A stretch of DNA of 64,000 nt from NCBI GenBank assembly GCA_963681965.1, contig OY820579.1, forward strand, positions 384,001-448,000, given 5' to 3'. Position numbers and translations under genes: made by a program. Source of the stretch: a bacterium (GTDB taxonomy: Bacteria > Electryoneota > JAOADG01). Below the pieces are notes generated by a model. That model searched no databases, was not told where the DNA came from, and was given only the letters and a program-made list of their open reading frames with translations. This document shows, piece by piece, positions 42,087 to 52,628 of this stretch; the stretch's first letter is position 1, and each line of letters starts with the position of its first letter.

Positions 42087-43093
42087 TCGTTACGATCCTA
42101 CTGTCGATCGCATTTATCTATCTATCGGGTTGTAATCTCGGGAAGAAAACCACTGGTCCCGATGATACTATCACAGAAGATACATCCAGCTATTTTCATC
42201 TCGACACAATCACCTTGCCGCAAGTCGGTCTTCGACACCTTAATGTTCTTCGTTATTACAACGGAACGATTTATATCGGTGGCGAATCGGGGACACTACT
42301 TTACGGATCACCCCGCTCTGGGTTCTCTCACGGTCGGTTACAAACAGTCGTATCGATCTGGGATGTCGCAGTCGGCTCTGGCAATCAATTTGCATTCGGT
42401 GGTGACGGAAATATTTTCCGATTGACGAACACCGGAATTTGGGATACTATCTATCACCTTAGTCAACATGACTTTCGCCGAACTGCTTTCGATGGATCAG
42501 ATCGATTGTGGGCGCTTTCAGTGAATTCTACACCAAGTGTGGCGATACCTCCGTACAGTGTGTGGAATCAATACTCTGCTGTCGGTGGAACAACAGTCAC
42601 CAATTTTACTGCAATAAACTTTCATCCTCCTTCGAGTCGCGGTTACTTAACCAGCTCTTCACAATGTTTCCGCTCTTATGATAACGGGATTACTTGGTCA
42701 GGCGGAATTCCATTGAAGTATCTTGCCAACGACATTCTTTTTCTGAACCAAGACGAAATGCTCCTTGCATGTAACAATGGTAAGATCATGCGGTCCTACG
42801 ATTTCGGTTTGAATTGGGAATTTGCACAGATCGATTCAAAAGTCGAAGAACAGATGAATCGAGTGATCACTTTAAGTAGTCGACTCTTTCTTGCCGTATC
42901 TGGGTATTACTATACCGACGATAGTACCGGGGTGACTTCTCGCCGTGGACGCATGTGGCGAAGTCGCGACAAACAGAATTGGGAACTCTTGACCGACATT
43001 CCGCACAACATTAACGATATTGCATACAGCCCGCTTGATGGTTTGTATATTTGCGGTTCCGAAGGATTTTTTGCTCTTGTGACCGTACGATGA
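42083..43093 (+). CDS. Lipoprotein with YCF48/BNR-like beta-propeller
   Basis: LSGC lipobox; RSYDNGITW, RSYDFGLNW Asp-box repeats; TTG start overlapping the upstream stop. Confidence 0.75.
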   Translation: MIVTILLSIAFIYLSGCNLGKKTTGPDDTITEDTSSYFHLDTITLPQVGLRHLNVLRYYNGTIYIGGESGTLLYGSPRSGFSHGRLQTVVSIWDVAVGSGNQFAFGGDGNIFRLTNTGIWDTIYHLSQHDFRRTAFDGSDRLWALSVNSTPSVAIPPYSVWNQYSAVGGTTVTNFTAINFHPPSSRGYLTSSSQCFRSYDNGITWSGGIPLKYLANDILFLNQDEMLLACNNGKIMRSYDFGLNWEFAQIDSKVEEQMNRVITLSSRLFLAVSGYYYTDDSTGVTSRRGRMWRSRDKQNWELLTDIPHNINDIAYSPLDGLYICGSEGFFALVTVR

Positions 43094-44394
43094 AATCAAA
43101 TCACGTAATCGTTATCGCAACGGATCTGGGGGTATCGGGCGAAGCAGTCTTTCGTCATGAAGGACGCGTCGGTTTTGTTCCCGGTCTTCTTCCCGGCGAA
43201 AGTGGTGAAGTATCATTATCGGTTCGTAGCGGAGTCTGGCGCGGTCAATTGATCCGCCGATTATCCGATGCACCCGAGCGGGTGAATCATCCCTGCCCGC
43301 ACGCCGCACAATGCCCCGGCTCGCGATTTGGTTGTCTGAGTCGTTCTGCCGAAATCGAATATAAAAGAACTCATGCCCAATCCACATTAAAGAAGATTGG
43401 CGGTGTCGACTTATCAGTCTCCGAATTTGTAACTGCAGGTACGGAATGGGGCTACCGGAATAAAATCGAATTAAGTGTATCCGAGCATGGCGGTCGAATT
43501 CTGATCGGCTATCATCTATCTTCCGATGCCGAAACCATCATCCCGATTAAAGACTGTTATCTTGCCGAGGAGCCAATTCGACAATTAATTGAAACGATTA
43601 CCACCTTAACCGACCGAAATTGGCGAAAGCTGTTGCTTCAAACCACTCGCCTCGTTATTCGCTCGGGCGACGGTCTTCACCTTCATTGGTCGTTAACGCA
43701 GCTCCCCGATAATTCCGCTCGCGAGCTACTGCAAACACTGTTTCGCGAATATTCCGGTCTCGTAGGGATTACCATTGCGGTGCCACAAGAAAATATCGGA
43801 AAGCAAACCAGCGAGGCGATCGTTCGAACGATTGCTGGAGAACTTTTATTGACCGGACATGATGGTGTCGCTTTACACCCACAGACTTTCCGCCAAGTGA
43901 ATGATGCCGTTGCGAAACGTTTGGTGCAAGCGGTGGAAGAGTGGAGTACCGATCTTTCCGGACCGCTGTTTGAATTATATGGTGGATTTGGACCATTTGC
44001 CCGCCGTATCGCATCTGTTCGCGGCATTGAGGTGCATGTTATAGAGAAAAGTGAAACCGCGATTCAAGATGGACAGCGTGCACTCAAGAAAAAACCGCTA
44101 CCGGTAACATATTATCGGGGCGATGTTGCGAAAATACTCCCGACGACACTTCCCAAACTCCGACCACAAGGCATCTTACTCGATCCATCGTATAGCGGTG
44201 CTGGTAACGCGGTGATTGCCGAAATGATTCGACGGAAACCAAAGAAAATCGGTTATATCGCTTGCCACGGCGCGGCACTGGCTCGCGATCTCAAACCCTT
44301 ACTCGAGAACGGTTATCGGTTGTCCAATATTCGGCTGTTTGATATGTTCCCCAAGACTCCTGATGTCGAGTGGTTTGCCGAATTGGAACGGTAA
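43090..44394 (+). CDS. rlmD: RlmD/TrmA-family RNA (uracil-5)-methyltransferase, divergent
   Basis: TRAM-like GFVPGLLPGE, YRNK, FRQVN, YIAC..LARDL, FDMFPKT..VE. Confidence 0.75.
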   Translation: MKSNHVIVIATDLGVSGEAVFRHEGRVGFVPGLLPGESGEVSLSVRSGVWRGQLIRRLSDAPERVNHPCPHAAQCPGSRFGCLSRSAEIEYKRTHAQSTLKKIGGVDLSVSEFVTAGTEWGYRNKIELSVSEHGGRILIGYHLSSDAETIIPIKDCYLAEEPIRQLIETITTLTDRNWRKLLLQTTRLVIRSGDGLHLHWSLTQLPDNSARELLQTLFREYSGLVGITIAVPQENIGKQTSEAIVRTIAGELLLTGHDGVALHPQTFRQVNDAVAKRLVQAVEEWSTDLSGPLFELYGGFGPFARRIASVRGIEVHVIEKSETAIQDGQRALKKKPLPVTYYRGDVAKILPTTLPKLRPQGILLDPSYSGAGNAVIAEMIRRKPKKIGYIACHGAALARDLKPLLENGYRLSNIRLFDMFPKTPDVEWFAELER

Positions 44395-44438
44395 GCTTGA
44401 GGAGTTCGTTTCTGAACCGAAAATAAAACGTGCGACTT

Positions 44439-46289
44439 TCACTGAAGTTTGAGCACACCTGCAGTTGAATTTTGTACTCTGCGAAATACCAATACCCGCA
44501 ACCATCCCGGTGGATCAACCAACACCCGCTGCTCGTCGGCGATTAATTCCCATCCCGGAACGACCGAAGTAAGATCTTTTCGACGAATCCGATGCAACGG
44601 GCTATCCGTTACAATCAACCAGTCACAACCATTTCGAATTGCAATTTGAGTCGCAGTTGTCAAGTCGCGATCAGGTTCGATAGGGATAACAATACGGGGA
44701 TTGTTGCGAGGTGTACTAAGCGACCACAAATCGATCCAATCGGCAGGATACACCGCAATCCGATCGGGAAGAGGGTACTGAGAGATGAAATTTGGAAATT
44801 GAGTCGGTAGGTGAATCGGTGTTCGCGATTTGAATTGAAGATTGGAAACGACTGGAATTGTGAACATAACAGTGATGGCAACTGGAACAACTGCTATCAA
44901 CAACATCCACTCGCGAATCCTCGAAATCTTTTGGAAAAAGAAGCCACTCCCAATTCCTAATAGTATTGTAACAGCGATGAGGGGGGTCTGACGCCAAATT
45001 GGCGATGGAACAAGCAAAATGCTTGTGACAAATATCAGGGAAAACCCGATAAACACCGGATCGACAACAACCTTTCGCAGAGATTGGCGCAGTAACAGCA
45101 ATAATCCGGGGATACCGGCGAGTAGTAAACCGGCTCCGACCGAAGCCCCGGCATCGGATTCCGAAAGAGGAATCGGCATAATCATTGCCGAACAGCGCGA
45201 TACCATCCGCGAAAGCGATATCATGCCATTGGAAGTTAGAAATAATTGATTGAAAACGGCGTTATTTGCTTCCGGTTGTTGAAACAGCGATGGTAACATT
45301 GGCGCAATTGGATTACCTAATTCAACCCACATCCAAATTCGATTCCACCCCCCAATTAAAAGAAACAAAATGAAACCGCGGATGATTTCCCGTTTCCTTA
45401 TTTTCGGGGCAAAGAGTAGGATCAAGGCAGCACAGATGATTAGATCGATCGGTAAATCCGGCTGCATCGCAACACCCGTTCCAAGCATTACAACAGCAAC
45501 AAGAAAAGCAAATTCAGAGTGTCGCGGACGGTTATGTGCAATCGTCAGAAAATGCAATCCCGCGATAATGAAGCCAATTTGCCAACCAGTTTGATCGATT
45601 CCGGTCGAGAGCGATAGCAAACTGGGTGCAAGCAGCGCCATGCAAACCGATATAACTGCAGCAGCACGCGATTCCAACCAGCGCGTCGCGACACTGTAAG
45701 AAGCAATTCCGCAAAAGAGCCAACCGAACCAACTCCAAATACCGATCATCCGATCGGAATGAAAGAACAAGATCTGAAAAAGCGCCGGCAACTCTAGTGG
45801 AACTGGAATCGCAATTGCTCGAGGATCGCAGGCGCGATTCAATTCGATTGAATGGATTCGAATCCAATCGGCTATCCGGGAGAGGTGAACCGTGTGATCG
45901 GTATAGGAAAGTGAAGAAAAGACATTGACTAATAAACTGTATGTAGCTACGACAACAACCAAAATACCTAGCGCTAAACCGGAATTTCGCAATCCCGATG
46001 TATCGGTTCGATCACCGATCGGAAGTTTCAGCAATGGCGCTGGATCAAATCGTGCTGCGATTAAAAAGACGATTGCCAACCAGAACGCTGCGGTGAAGGT
46101 TACCCATAACGGTTCAAGGGCTCCAACCCATCCGGGTAGCAACAGCGATAATTGAAGATGAAGAAATATCCCGCTGATTGTGATGAGTAATCGCTCGGAA
46201 GCGCGCAACGTACCGGGTAACCGGCGATGTATAATTATTCCGGAAACGGCAAACAAACAAAGTGATATTATTCCTAGTAGGATCGACAT
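44439..46289 (-). CDS. Multi-pass membrane protein, possibly GT-C-fold glycosyltransferase
   Basis: More than 10 hydrophobic segments; D..VH loop after early TMs; GNP motif. Confidence 0.55.
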   Translation of the reverse strand: MSILLGIISLCLFAVSGIIIHRRLPGTLRASERLLITISGIFLHLQLSLLLPGWVGALEPLWVTFTAAFWLAIVFLIAARFDPAPLLKLPIGDRTDTSGLRNSGLALGILVVVVATYSLLVNVFSSLSYTDHTVHLSRIADWIRIHSIELNRACDPRAIAIPVPLELPALFQILFFHSDRMIGIWSWFGWLFCGIASYSVATRWLESRAAAVISVCMALLAPSLLSLSTGIDQTGWQIGFIIAGLHFLTIAHNRPRHSEFAFLVAVVMLGTGVAMQPDLPIDLIICAALILLFAPKIRKREIIRGFILFLLIGGWNRIWMWVELGNPIAPMLPSLFQQPEANNAVFNQLFLTSNGMISLSRMVSRCSAMIMPIPLSESDAGASVGAGLLLAGIPGLLLLLRQSLRKVVVDPVFIGFSLIFVTSILLVPSPIWRQTPLIAVTILLGIGSGFFFQKISRIREWMLLIAVVPVAITVMFTIPVVSNLQFKSRTPIHLPTQFPNFISQYPLPDRIAVYPADWIDLWSLSTPRNNPRIVIPIEPDRDLTTATQIAIRNGCDWLIVTDSPLHRIRRKDLTSVVPGWELIADEQRVLVDPPGWLRVLVFRRVQNSTAGVLKLQ

Positions 46290-46295
46290 GTATCC

Positions 46296-47411
46296 TTACT
46301 GTTGAGCATCAGTTCCGTGCTCGAAGTTTTGTTGAAAGCCACGTTCAGGTATTGGTTCGGTTTCGCGTTCCGTCACATACGCCAATAAGCGGGTAGCGAC
46401 ATCGGTCAGATGATCCATTACGACAACTTCCCGTCGAACATGCGCAGCGTTGTAGGCGCCACAGAGAAATCCGGGTAGAAACTTTCGCATCTCGATCACC
46501 GCTTTGTACTCACCTTTCTCGGGAATCATTTCCTCAATCATGCCGAGATACTGCTCAATTCGGAAGCGTAGAGATGGAACTGGTGGAACCGGTTGCCCTT
46601 GAAGAACTGCCAAGGCATCACGGAACAACCAAGGTTGCGTGATCGCACCTCTGCCAATCATCAATCCATCCACACCAGTTTCTTCCCAACGTTGTCGAAC
46701 CAATCCGGGATTAATCAGATCGCCGTTCCCGATGAGCGGGAGTTCGCTGGCTTCTTTCGCCGCGCGGATATAATCCCAATTCGCCGTGCCGGTATAGGCT
46801 TGTTCCTTGGTTCGAGCGTGAAGTGCAACAAATTGTACGCCCCATTTTTTAAACCACTGCATCGATTCTACAACGTAAATCGTCTGCTTATCCCACCCGA
46901 GACGGGTTTTTACCGTCACCGGAGTCGAGACGGCATCGACTACGGCACAAACCACCTTCTCGAGATTTTGTGGAGGAATTTGAAATGCACAACCGGGATT
47001 GGATTTTACGTAACCATCTGGTTTTAGCAAACCGGCACCATCGCCTCGACCGGCAATTTTCTTCACCGGACAACCGAGGTTGATGTCGATAAAGTCCGGT
47101 TGCACCATTCGTTCGACCATTTTCGCCGCTCGCGCCATCTCTTCGGCATTCGAACCGTAGATTTGCACGGAAAGAGGGCGTTCAGCCTCTTCGTATTCCA
47201 GTTTCCGGATACAGGCATTTATTTCCCGAACCAATCCCGCTGCAGGAATGAACTCAGTATAAACGAGATCGGCGCCATGCCGTTTCATGATTCGTCGAAA
47301 TGGAAGAATTGTTACATCTTCCATCGGTGCAAGCGCAAGAATTGGACGATTCTTGCCCAGAAACAGATGTTGGACATTAGGATGGAGAGATTGCCAGTTG
47401 ATGGGTGCCAT
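46296..47411 (-). CDS. dusB: tRNA-dihydrouridine synthase
   Basis: LAPMEDVT, DINLGCP, VKTRLGW, HART, GNGD, MIGRG. Confidence 0.9.
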   Translation of the reverse strand: MAPINWQSLHPNVQHLFLGKNRPILALAPMEDVTILPFRRIMKRHGADLVYTEFIPAAGLVREINACIRKLEYEEAERPLSVQIYGSNAEEMARAAKMVERMVQPDFIDINLGCPVKKIAGRGDGAGLLKPDGYVKSNPGCAFQIPPQNLEKVVCAVVDAVSTPVTVKTRLGWDKQTIYVVESMQWFKKWGVQFVALHARTKEQAYTGTANWDYIRAAKEASELPLIGNGDLINPGLVRQRWEETGVDGLMIGRGAITQPWLFRDALAVLQGQPVPPVPSLRFRIEQYLGMIEEMIPEKGEYKAVIEMRKFLPGFLCGAYNAAHVRREVVVMDHLTDVATRLLAYVTERETEPIPERGFQQNFEHGTDAQQ

Positions 47412-47507
47412 TGCGATTAATATAAGGAATCGTCGAGAAGAAATTGACTGTTATCCCGGAGTCGGAATCAATCGAAGGGTACTGTTATTACGTAAGTTCG
47501 AGAATAA

Positions 47508-48287
47508 TCAATCACCCCGAAGTTTGCGTGAAGCTTCATCCAGCCGTCGTCGTTCTTGATCGCTTAGGGAATCAAGTCCAGTACGATTTACTTTATCGAG
47601 CAAACCATCGACTTCTTTTCTTAAATCGTTCAGCTTTTCTCTTTCCTGTTCGCGTCGATTCCATTCCCGCGCATATTTTCGGTTAGCATACCAGCGTTTA
47701 ATACGATAACTGAAGTATTTCTCGGTCACCAATACAAAACAGGCTCCAGCGATCATCCCGCCAAGATGCGCTTCATGAGAAATCGAACCATGATCGTAAA
47801 ACAGCGATACAAATTCATACAGCCCCATCCCAAGGATCAACCATTTCGCACGAACTGGAACGATCATCCAAAGGTAGATCAAGGAATCGGGGTAAAGGAT
47901 GGCACTAGCAGCCAGTACGCCGTAGACGGCACCGGAGCAGCCAATAACCGGAATGATCGAATTGGGCGCAAGCAAAGTAGTCAAGACGCCACCGGCGGCT
48001 CCACACCCGAGGAAGAATGCTAGAAATCGACCGGTACCCCAACGCTCTTCCAATGGTGGTCCAAAGAAGAATAAACCCATCGCGTTGAAAATAACGTGTA
48101 GAAATCCGCCGTGAATAAATTGGTAGGTGATAAGTTGATAAACATATCCGCGTCTGACCAAAGCCGGGACTAGTCCAAAAGTGATTGCCCAATCGGCACG
48201 AAGGATCCATTCGAGGACGAAAACGCCCACGATGCCAATCAATAAAATTTTTACGCCTTCGCCGATTCGCCCGAACATTACCACCAC
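47508..48287 (-). CDS. Rhomboid intramembrane serine protease with soluble C-terminal tail
   Basis: HGGFLHVIFN, GCSG catalytic Ser, AHLGG; tail VDGLLDKVNRTGLDSLS. Confidence 0.9.
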   Translation of the reverse strand: MVVMFGRIGEGVKILLIGIVGVFVLEWILRADWAITFGLVPALVRRGYVYQLITYQFIHGGFLHVIFNAMGLFFFGPPLEERWGTGRFLAFFLGCGAAGGVLTTLLAPNSIIPVIGCSGAVYGVLAASAILYPDSLIYLWMIVPVRAKWLILGMGLYEFVSLFYDHGSISHEAHLGGMIAGACFVLVTEKYFSYRIKRWYANRKYAREWNRREQEREKLNDLRKEVDGLLDKVNRTGLDSLSDQERRRLDEASRKLRGD

Positions 48288-48359
48288 CTGTGTAAAAAAT
48301 GACTTTACAAAATACTAGTTATGCGAACGGAAACCAACAGATCGGAAAAAGTAGTCGGT

Positions 48360-48477
48360 TATAGTGGTTCTAGAAAATAAGTTGTCATGATTCGGTGTCA
48401 GGCTTCGCCTGACCTACGGGCGGACACGGGGGTCCGCCCCTACTACCGATAACAACATATTTTCAAGAGATACTTTA
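48360..48477 (+). mobile_element. MITE copy 3 (best-conserved internal REPs)
   Basis: TIRs plus two tandem REPs reading GTAGGTCAGGCGAAGCCTGAC and GTAGGGGCGGACCCCCGTGTCCGCCC on minus. Confidence 0.85.
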
Positions 48478-48537
48478 CTAACGAACTACCAGTCGATCGG
48501 CACGAATTCATCGAATACATATAGTAAAGGACTCGAA

Positions 48538-49431
48538 TTATCGAGATAACATCCACCTTGTGTCGAGTGTTCCACTGAAAACGATTCGAGCCGGTCCTGC
48601 CAAAGTCGTTGCATATTCCTTCGAAGACACTTCCATCGTCAAACTTCCACCCGGCAAGTACATTGCTAATGGACGATCAGCGTCCATCAATCCTGCTCGC
48701 ACCAATGCCGCGGCAGTCGCCGTAGCGCCGCTCCCGCATGCAAGTGTAATTCCGCAACCGCGTTCCCACACCCACAACTTAGCTTCGTGTCGATTGAGTA
48801 TTTCAACAAACTCGACATTCGCACGTTCCGGGAACAGTTCGTGAATTTCCAATTGCGAACCGATTTGGATTGCCAATAGTTCATTTGATTCCGTAACCGG
48901 AATTACAAAATGAGGATTTCCGACATTCACGCCATATCCGTGCCACCGATTGCCAGCCAATTCAATCTCAGCTTCGGCATTGCCATTTCCGACCATAGGT
49001 ATTTGATGCCGGTCGAATACGGGAAGCGGCATTGCTACACGGTAATGATTGTCGTCAAGCACGGTGACTTCGACGTTATCGCTTCCATTGGGGAGTGCGA
49101 TCTGCGTAACTGTATGCTGCAGATACCCACGGAAACGTGCAAAGTGCATTGTACAGCGCAATCCGTTACCGCACATCCCGGCGATACTTCCATCGGAATT
49201 CCAGTAGCGCATCCAGAAGGGTGCTTCGCTGGTTCGATCTAATACAATGATACCATCGGCACCAATTCCAAAATGCCGATCGCAGATTCGTTGAATCGTC
49301 GCTTCGGAAAGCAGTGGAAGTATTTGTTTCCCTTCGTTGGTTAGTCCATCGAAGAAGATGAAGTCATTGCCCACGCCTTCCAATTTCCAGAACGGAATAT
49401 TCGCGATTGTTCGATTGGTTTCTGTAGTCAT
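48538..49431 (-). CDS. dapF: Diaminopimelate epimerase
   Basis: GNDF, GIGADG, MCGNGLRC, GNPH, ERGCGITLACGSG. Confidence 0.95.
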   Translation of the reverse strand: MTTETNRTIANIPFWKLEGVGNDFIFFDGLTNEGKQILPLLSEATIQRICDRHFGIGADGIIVLDRTSEAPFWMRYWNSDGSIAGMCGNGLRCTMHFARFRGYLQHTVTQIALPNGSDNVEVTVLDDNHYRVAMPLPVFDRHQIPMVGNGNAEAEIELAGNRWHGYGVNVGNPHFVIPVTESNELLAIQIGSQLEIHELFPERANVEFVEILNRHEAKLWVWERGCGITLACGSGATATAAALVRAGLMDADRPLAMYLPGGSLTMEVSSKEYATTLAGPARIVFSGTLDTRWMLSR

Positions 49432-49455
49432 TTGGATTGACCTACTAGGCTGTGT

Positions 49456-50346
49456 TTAGTTGCCAACCACCGGGTTGGTCAAAGTACCAATACCCGAGAT
49501 TGAGACTGACACGACATCACCATTTTTCAACGGCGATACCCCTTCCGGGGTTCCGGTTAAAATGATGTCGCCAGCTTCTAACGTTACTTTTTGCGATACA
49601 AAGTACAATAGTTGCCCGACAGAAAAAATAAAGTCGCAAGTGTTTCCCTGCTGCTTGACCACACCATTTACATCGACACGAACATCCACCGAAGCAGGAT
49701 CGAATTCATCGGCGGTGACAAGCACCGGTCCCAACGGGCAGAATGTATCGTAGTTCTTCGCACGTGTCCAAGGTTGACCAACGGCACCAGCGGCTTTCTG
49801 GAGATCGCGTGCAGTGACATCGTTCGCAATGGTGTAACCGAAGACTGCGGCAAGCGCTTCATCCATACTCTTCGGTTTCCGAAGTCGCTTACCTACTACT
49901 ACCGCCAATTCTCCTTCATGATCCACTCGCTGCGATTCCGTCGGCATTTCAATCGCTTCGCCGGGAGCAATGATCGTGCTCGCAAGTTTTGCAAAGTAAA
50001 TTGGTTCGGTCGGCGCCTCGTTCCCCAGCTCTTTCGCATGAGCGGCATAATTGCGACCGATCGCAATCATCTTGGCGCCTTTCGCAAACGGTGCTAAGAT
50101 GCGGACTTTGTCCACTTCATGAGGAGCAATTTGCTGTTCAGCTAACACTCGAGCCATGCGTAGTGTTTCAAATGAAGCATAAGATGGCGTTGCGAATAAA
50201 TCGGCAAAATTCGAAATTGGGAAATACTGCCAATCCTTTGCATTAGCAACAGCCAGCATCGCTTCGCGTAAATCCCACACCCGCTGTTCATCCAAAATTC
50301 CCAATCGTTGCTGGTGACCGTCGATTGTATAAGAAATCAGTCGCAT
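49456..50346 (-). CDS. Fumarylacetoacetate hydrolase family protein
   Basis: GRNYAAHAKE, DHEGEL, NDVTARD, GDIILTGTP. Confidence 0.9.
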   Translation of the reverse strand: MRLISYTIDGHQQRLGILDEQRVWDLREAMLAVANAKDWQYFPISNFADLFATPSYASFETLRMARVLAEQQIAPHEVDKVRILAPFAKGAKMIAIGRNYAAHAKELGNEAPTEPIYFAKLASTIIAPGEAIEMPTESQRVDHEGELAVVVGKRLRKPKSMDEALAAVFGYTIANDVTARDLQKAAGAVGQPWTRAKNYDTFCPLGPVLVTADEFDPASVDVRVDVNGVVKQQGNTCDFIFSVGQLLYFVSQKVTLEAGDIILTGTPEGVSPLKNGDVVSVSISGIGTLTNPVVGN

Positions 50347-50373
50347 AGTATCCTCTCACGTGCCGCGATAATT

Positions 50374-51144
50374 CTATTTCCGAAATAACTGATGAAAATT
50401 ATCCGCCAATTGATTTTGTAATGCCGCTGGCGACAGACCCAGCGCCTTTGCTAAAAACTCGCCGGTCTGAGCGACAAATGCCGGCTCGTTGCGTTGCTTC
50501 CGATTCGGTGCCGGGGTTAGCCAAGGGGCATCCGTCTCGATCAGCCAGCGATCTAATGGTACGACTTTCGCGACCTCAAGCAGGGTCGCTTTCTCATAGG
50601 TAATGTTACCGGCAAAGCTGACGTAAAATCCCCGATCGATAACTACCCTAGCCAATTTCTCGTCTCCGGAAAAGCAGTGAAAGATCCCCCCGATGTCAAA
50701 CCGACACTCGTTCAGTAATTCGAGGATTCGGTCTGCTGCTTCGCGATTGTGTATGACGACTGGTTTTCCAATTTTTAGAGCGCACTGCAGTTGTAATCGA
50801 AAATTATGCTCTTGATTCACTACCTCGGCATAATCTCTAAAGAAGTCAAGCCCAATTTCTCCGATTGCAATACATTGCGGGTCATTCCACAGCAGTTCTA
50901 ATTCTTCGATTTTTGATTCGACCGGTTCCTTATCGGATTCATGCGGGTGAATACCCGCACAAAACAAAACAGTTTCCGGGTGGCATCGTGCCAGATTGCG
51001 TGCCAGAAAACTTGAAGCGGTATCGACTCCTAGCGAAACGCAACGTGACACCTGTCGATCGGTTAACCGCCGCAGGACTTCGAGGCGATCTTTGTTGTAG
51101 ATCGTATCGGTAATATGACAATGAGTATCAATCCAACCAGACAT
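50374..51144 (-). CDS. tatD: TatD-family nuclease
   Basis: IDTHCH, GIHPH, GEIGLD, IHNREA, HCFSG, ETDAPWL; start ATG 51144. Confidence 0.92.
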   Translation of the reverse strand: MSGWIDTHCHITDTIYNKDRLEVLRRLTDRQVSRCVSLGVDTASSFLARNLARCHPETVLFCAGIHPHESDKEPVESKIEELELLWNDPQCIAIGEIGLDFFRDYAEVVNQEHNFRLQLQCALKIGKPVVIHNREAADRILELLNECRFDIGGIFHCFSGDEKLARVVIDRGFYVSFAGNITYEKATLLEVAKVVPLDRWLIETDAPWLTPAPNRKQRNEPAFVAQTGEFLAKALGLSPAALQNQLADNFHQLFRK

Positions 51145-51225
51145 GAAGAGCTTCACCATTCCTTTGTAGCTGATTTCTTGAGTGTTTTGTTTCAATCTAC
51201 CACAGTAGCAGATTTCATGCAAACG

Positions 51226-51250
51226 AAAACCCCTGCTCTTGAGCAGGGGT
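51226..51250 (-). terminator. Intrinsic terminator
   Basis: AAAA-CCCCTGCTC-TT-GAGCAGGGG after the histone-like gene. Confidence 0.75.
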
Positions 51251-51276
51251 CTCGAAACATCACAGCCTACTAGTGA

Positions 51277-51717
51277 TTAGTTGGCATTCTCATTCGGCAT
51301 CACCGGGCTGACTTCAGACTTGATTTCCTTTTTTACCGCCTTCTTCGGAGCGGCTTTCTTCACTGCTGCCTTTTTCGGAGCGGCTTTCTTCGGAGCGGCT
51401 TTCTTTACGACTGCCTTCTTCGGTGCTGCTTTCTTTGGGGCGGCTTTCTTCACGACTGCTTTCTTCGGTGCTACCTTCTTCGGTGCTGCCTTCTTGACGA
51501 CTGCTTTCTTCGGTGCTGCCTTCTTCGGTGCGGCTTTCTTTACGACTGCCTTCTTCGGTGCGGCTTTCTTGACGACTGCTTTCTTCGGTGCAGCCTTCTT
51601 CGGTGCGGCCTTCTTTACGACTGCCTTCTTCGGTGCGGCTTTCTTTACTGCCGGCTTCTTTGCCGGAGCTTTCTTTACTGCCGGCTTTTTGGGTGCGGCT
51701 TTTTTCGCTTCTGCCAT
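51277..51717 (-). CDS. Histone H1-like lysine/alanine repeat DNA-binding protein
   Basis: ~24 pentapeptides KKAAP/KKAVV/KKPAV; GGAG SD; own terminator. Confidence 0.85.
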   Translation of the reverse strand: MAEAKKAAPKKPAVKKAPAKKPAVKKAAPKKAVVKKAAPKKAAPKKAVVKKAAPKKAVVKKAAPKKAAPKKAVVKKAAPKKVAPKKAVVKKAAPKKAAPKKAVVKKAAPKKAAPKKAAVKKAAPKKAVKKEIKSEVSPVMPNENAN

Positions 51718-52628
51718 TTTCTTCTCCGTAAGGGGGTTGCCAATTCAATTGATGATGCTCGAGATTAATCGGGCATCCTCCCCAACTAATTCCATCGAAA
51801 CGGCTCCTCTTCCGTGTTCGATGACCAACTCCTGCGCGCAATCGAACAACTGGGGAGAATTATTCGACGAGATGGTTGCAGGCGGTGCGATCGAGTAAAA
51901 AACCAATTTTTGGAAAGATCCTCACCCGATTCGATTCACACATGTCTAACATAATTTCATCTGCTACTCAAATGCAAGTGGTATGAGAAAAATTTTTGGA
52001 GAATTTTTGAGATCGAATTCGCATCGTCAGCATCGTTTTTTTATCTTGACCACCCGATTTCAAGAGAATATTTTTTCTCGATGAATCGCCATAATCATTG
52101 CCAATTGTGCCTTACATGAATTCGTTTGCTTATTTTGCTTCTCTGAATCGATCCATTATCCCACGCGATTTTAGCTTTTTCATTTCATCCCCCGCTCGCG
52201 AGCTCACCAAGAAAAAATTAAATCACTCTCATACTCTCGGAAATGATTCCTAATTGGATCGCAAACAAATTTTGTCCGAAGACGAGTTGCTCAATCACCG
52301 ATCAACCATTGTAAATACTCGTCATCGGTGCTCTCAATTGAGATCGAAGACAGAAAAATCCCACTCAGTATTTCTAGAATCGAAGACCAATCACATCCAA
52401 AAGTGGAGTTAAAATGCTTCCGAGAGTATTTGATGCAATCATCGGATACCGAATTTTTCTCGGATTTGTTCAACCAGAAAATCGCATTTATCCATCACCC
52501 GGTCACCGCAGAATTCCCTTGAAAATAGGTGTGATGCCGTTTTCACAATCCCTGAGATTATCCGTATTTTGGTTCAGTGATAAGCGATCCGTCGCTTTTC
52601 ATTCAACCGGCATTGTTGGGAGCTACTC

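Noticed and set aside
51281-51898. 205-aa FFGAA-repeat ORF and 175-aa alternate-frame ORF
   Set aside because: Antisense and frame shadows of the lysine/alanine repeat gene.
52291-52522. Short ORFs in the 51.7-52.6 kb intergenic region
   Set aside because: No SD or recognisable motif; overlapping ORFs on both strands; coding status unsupported.
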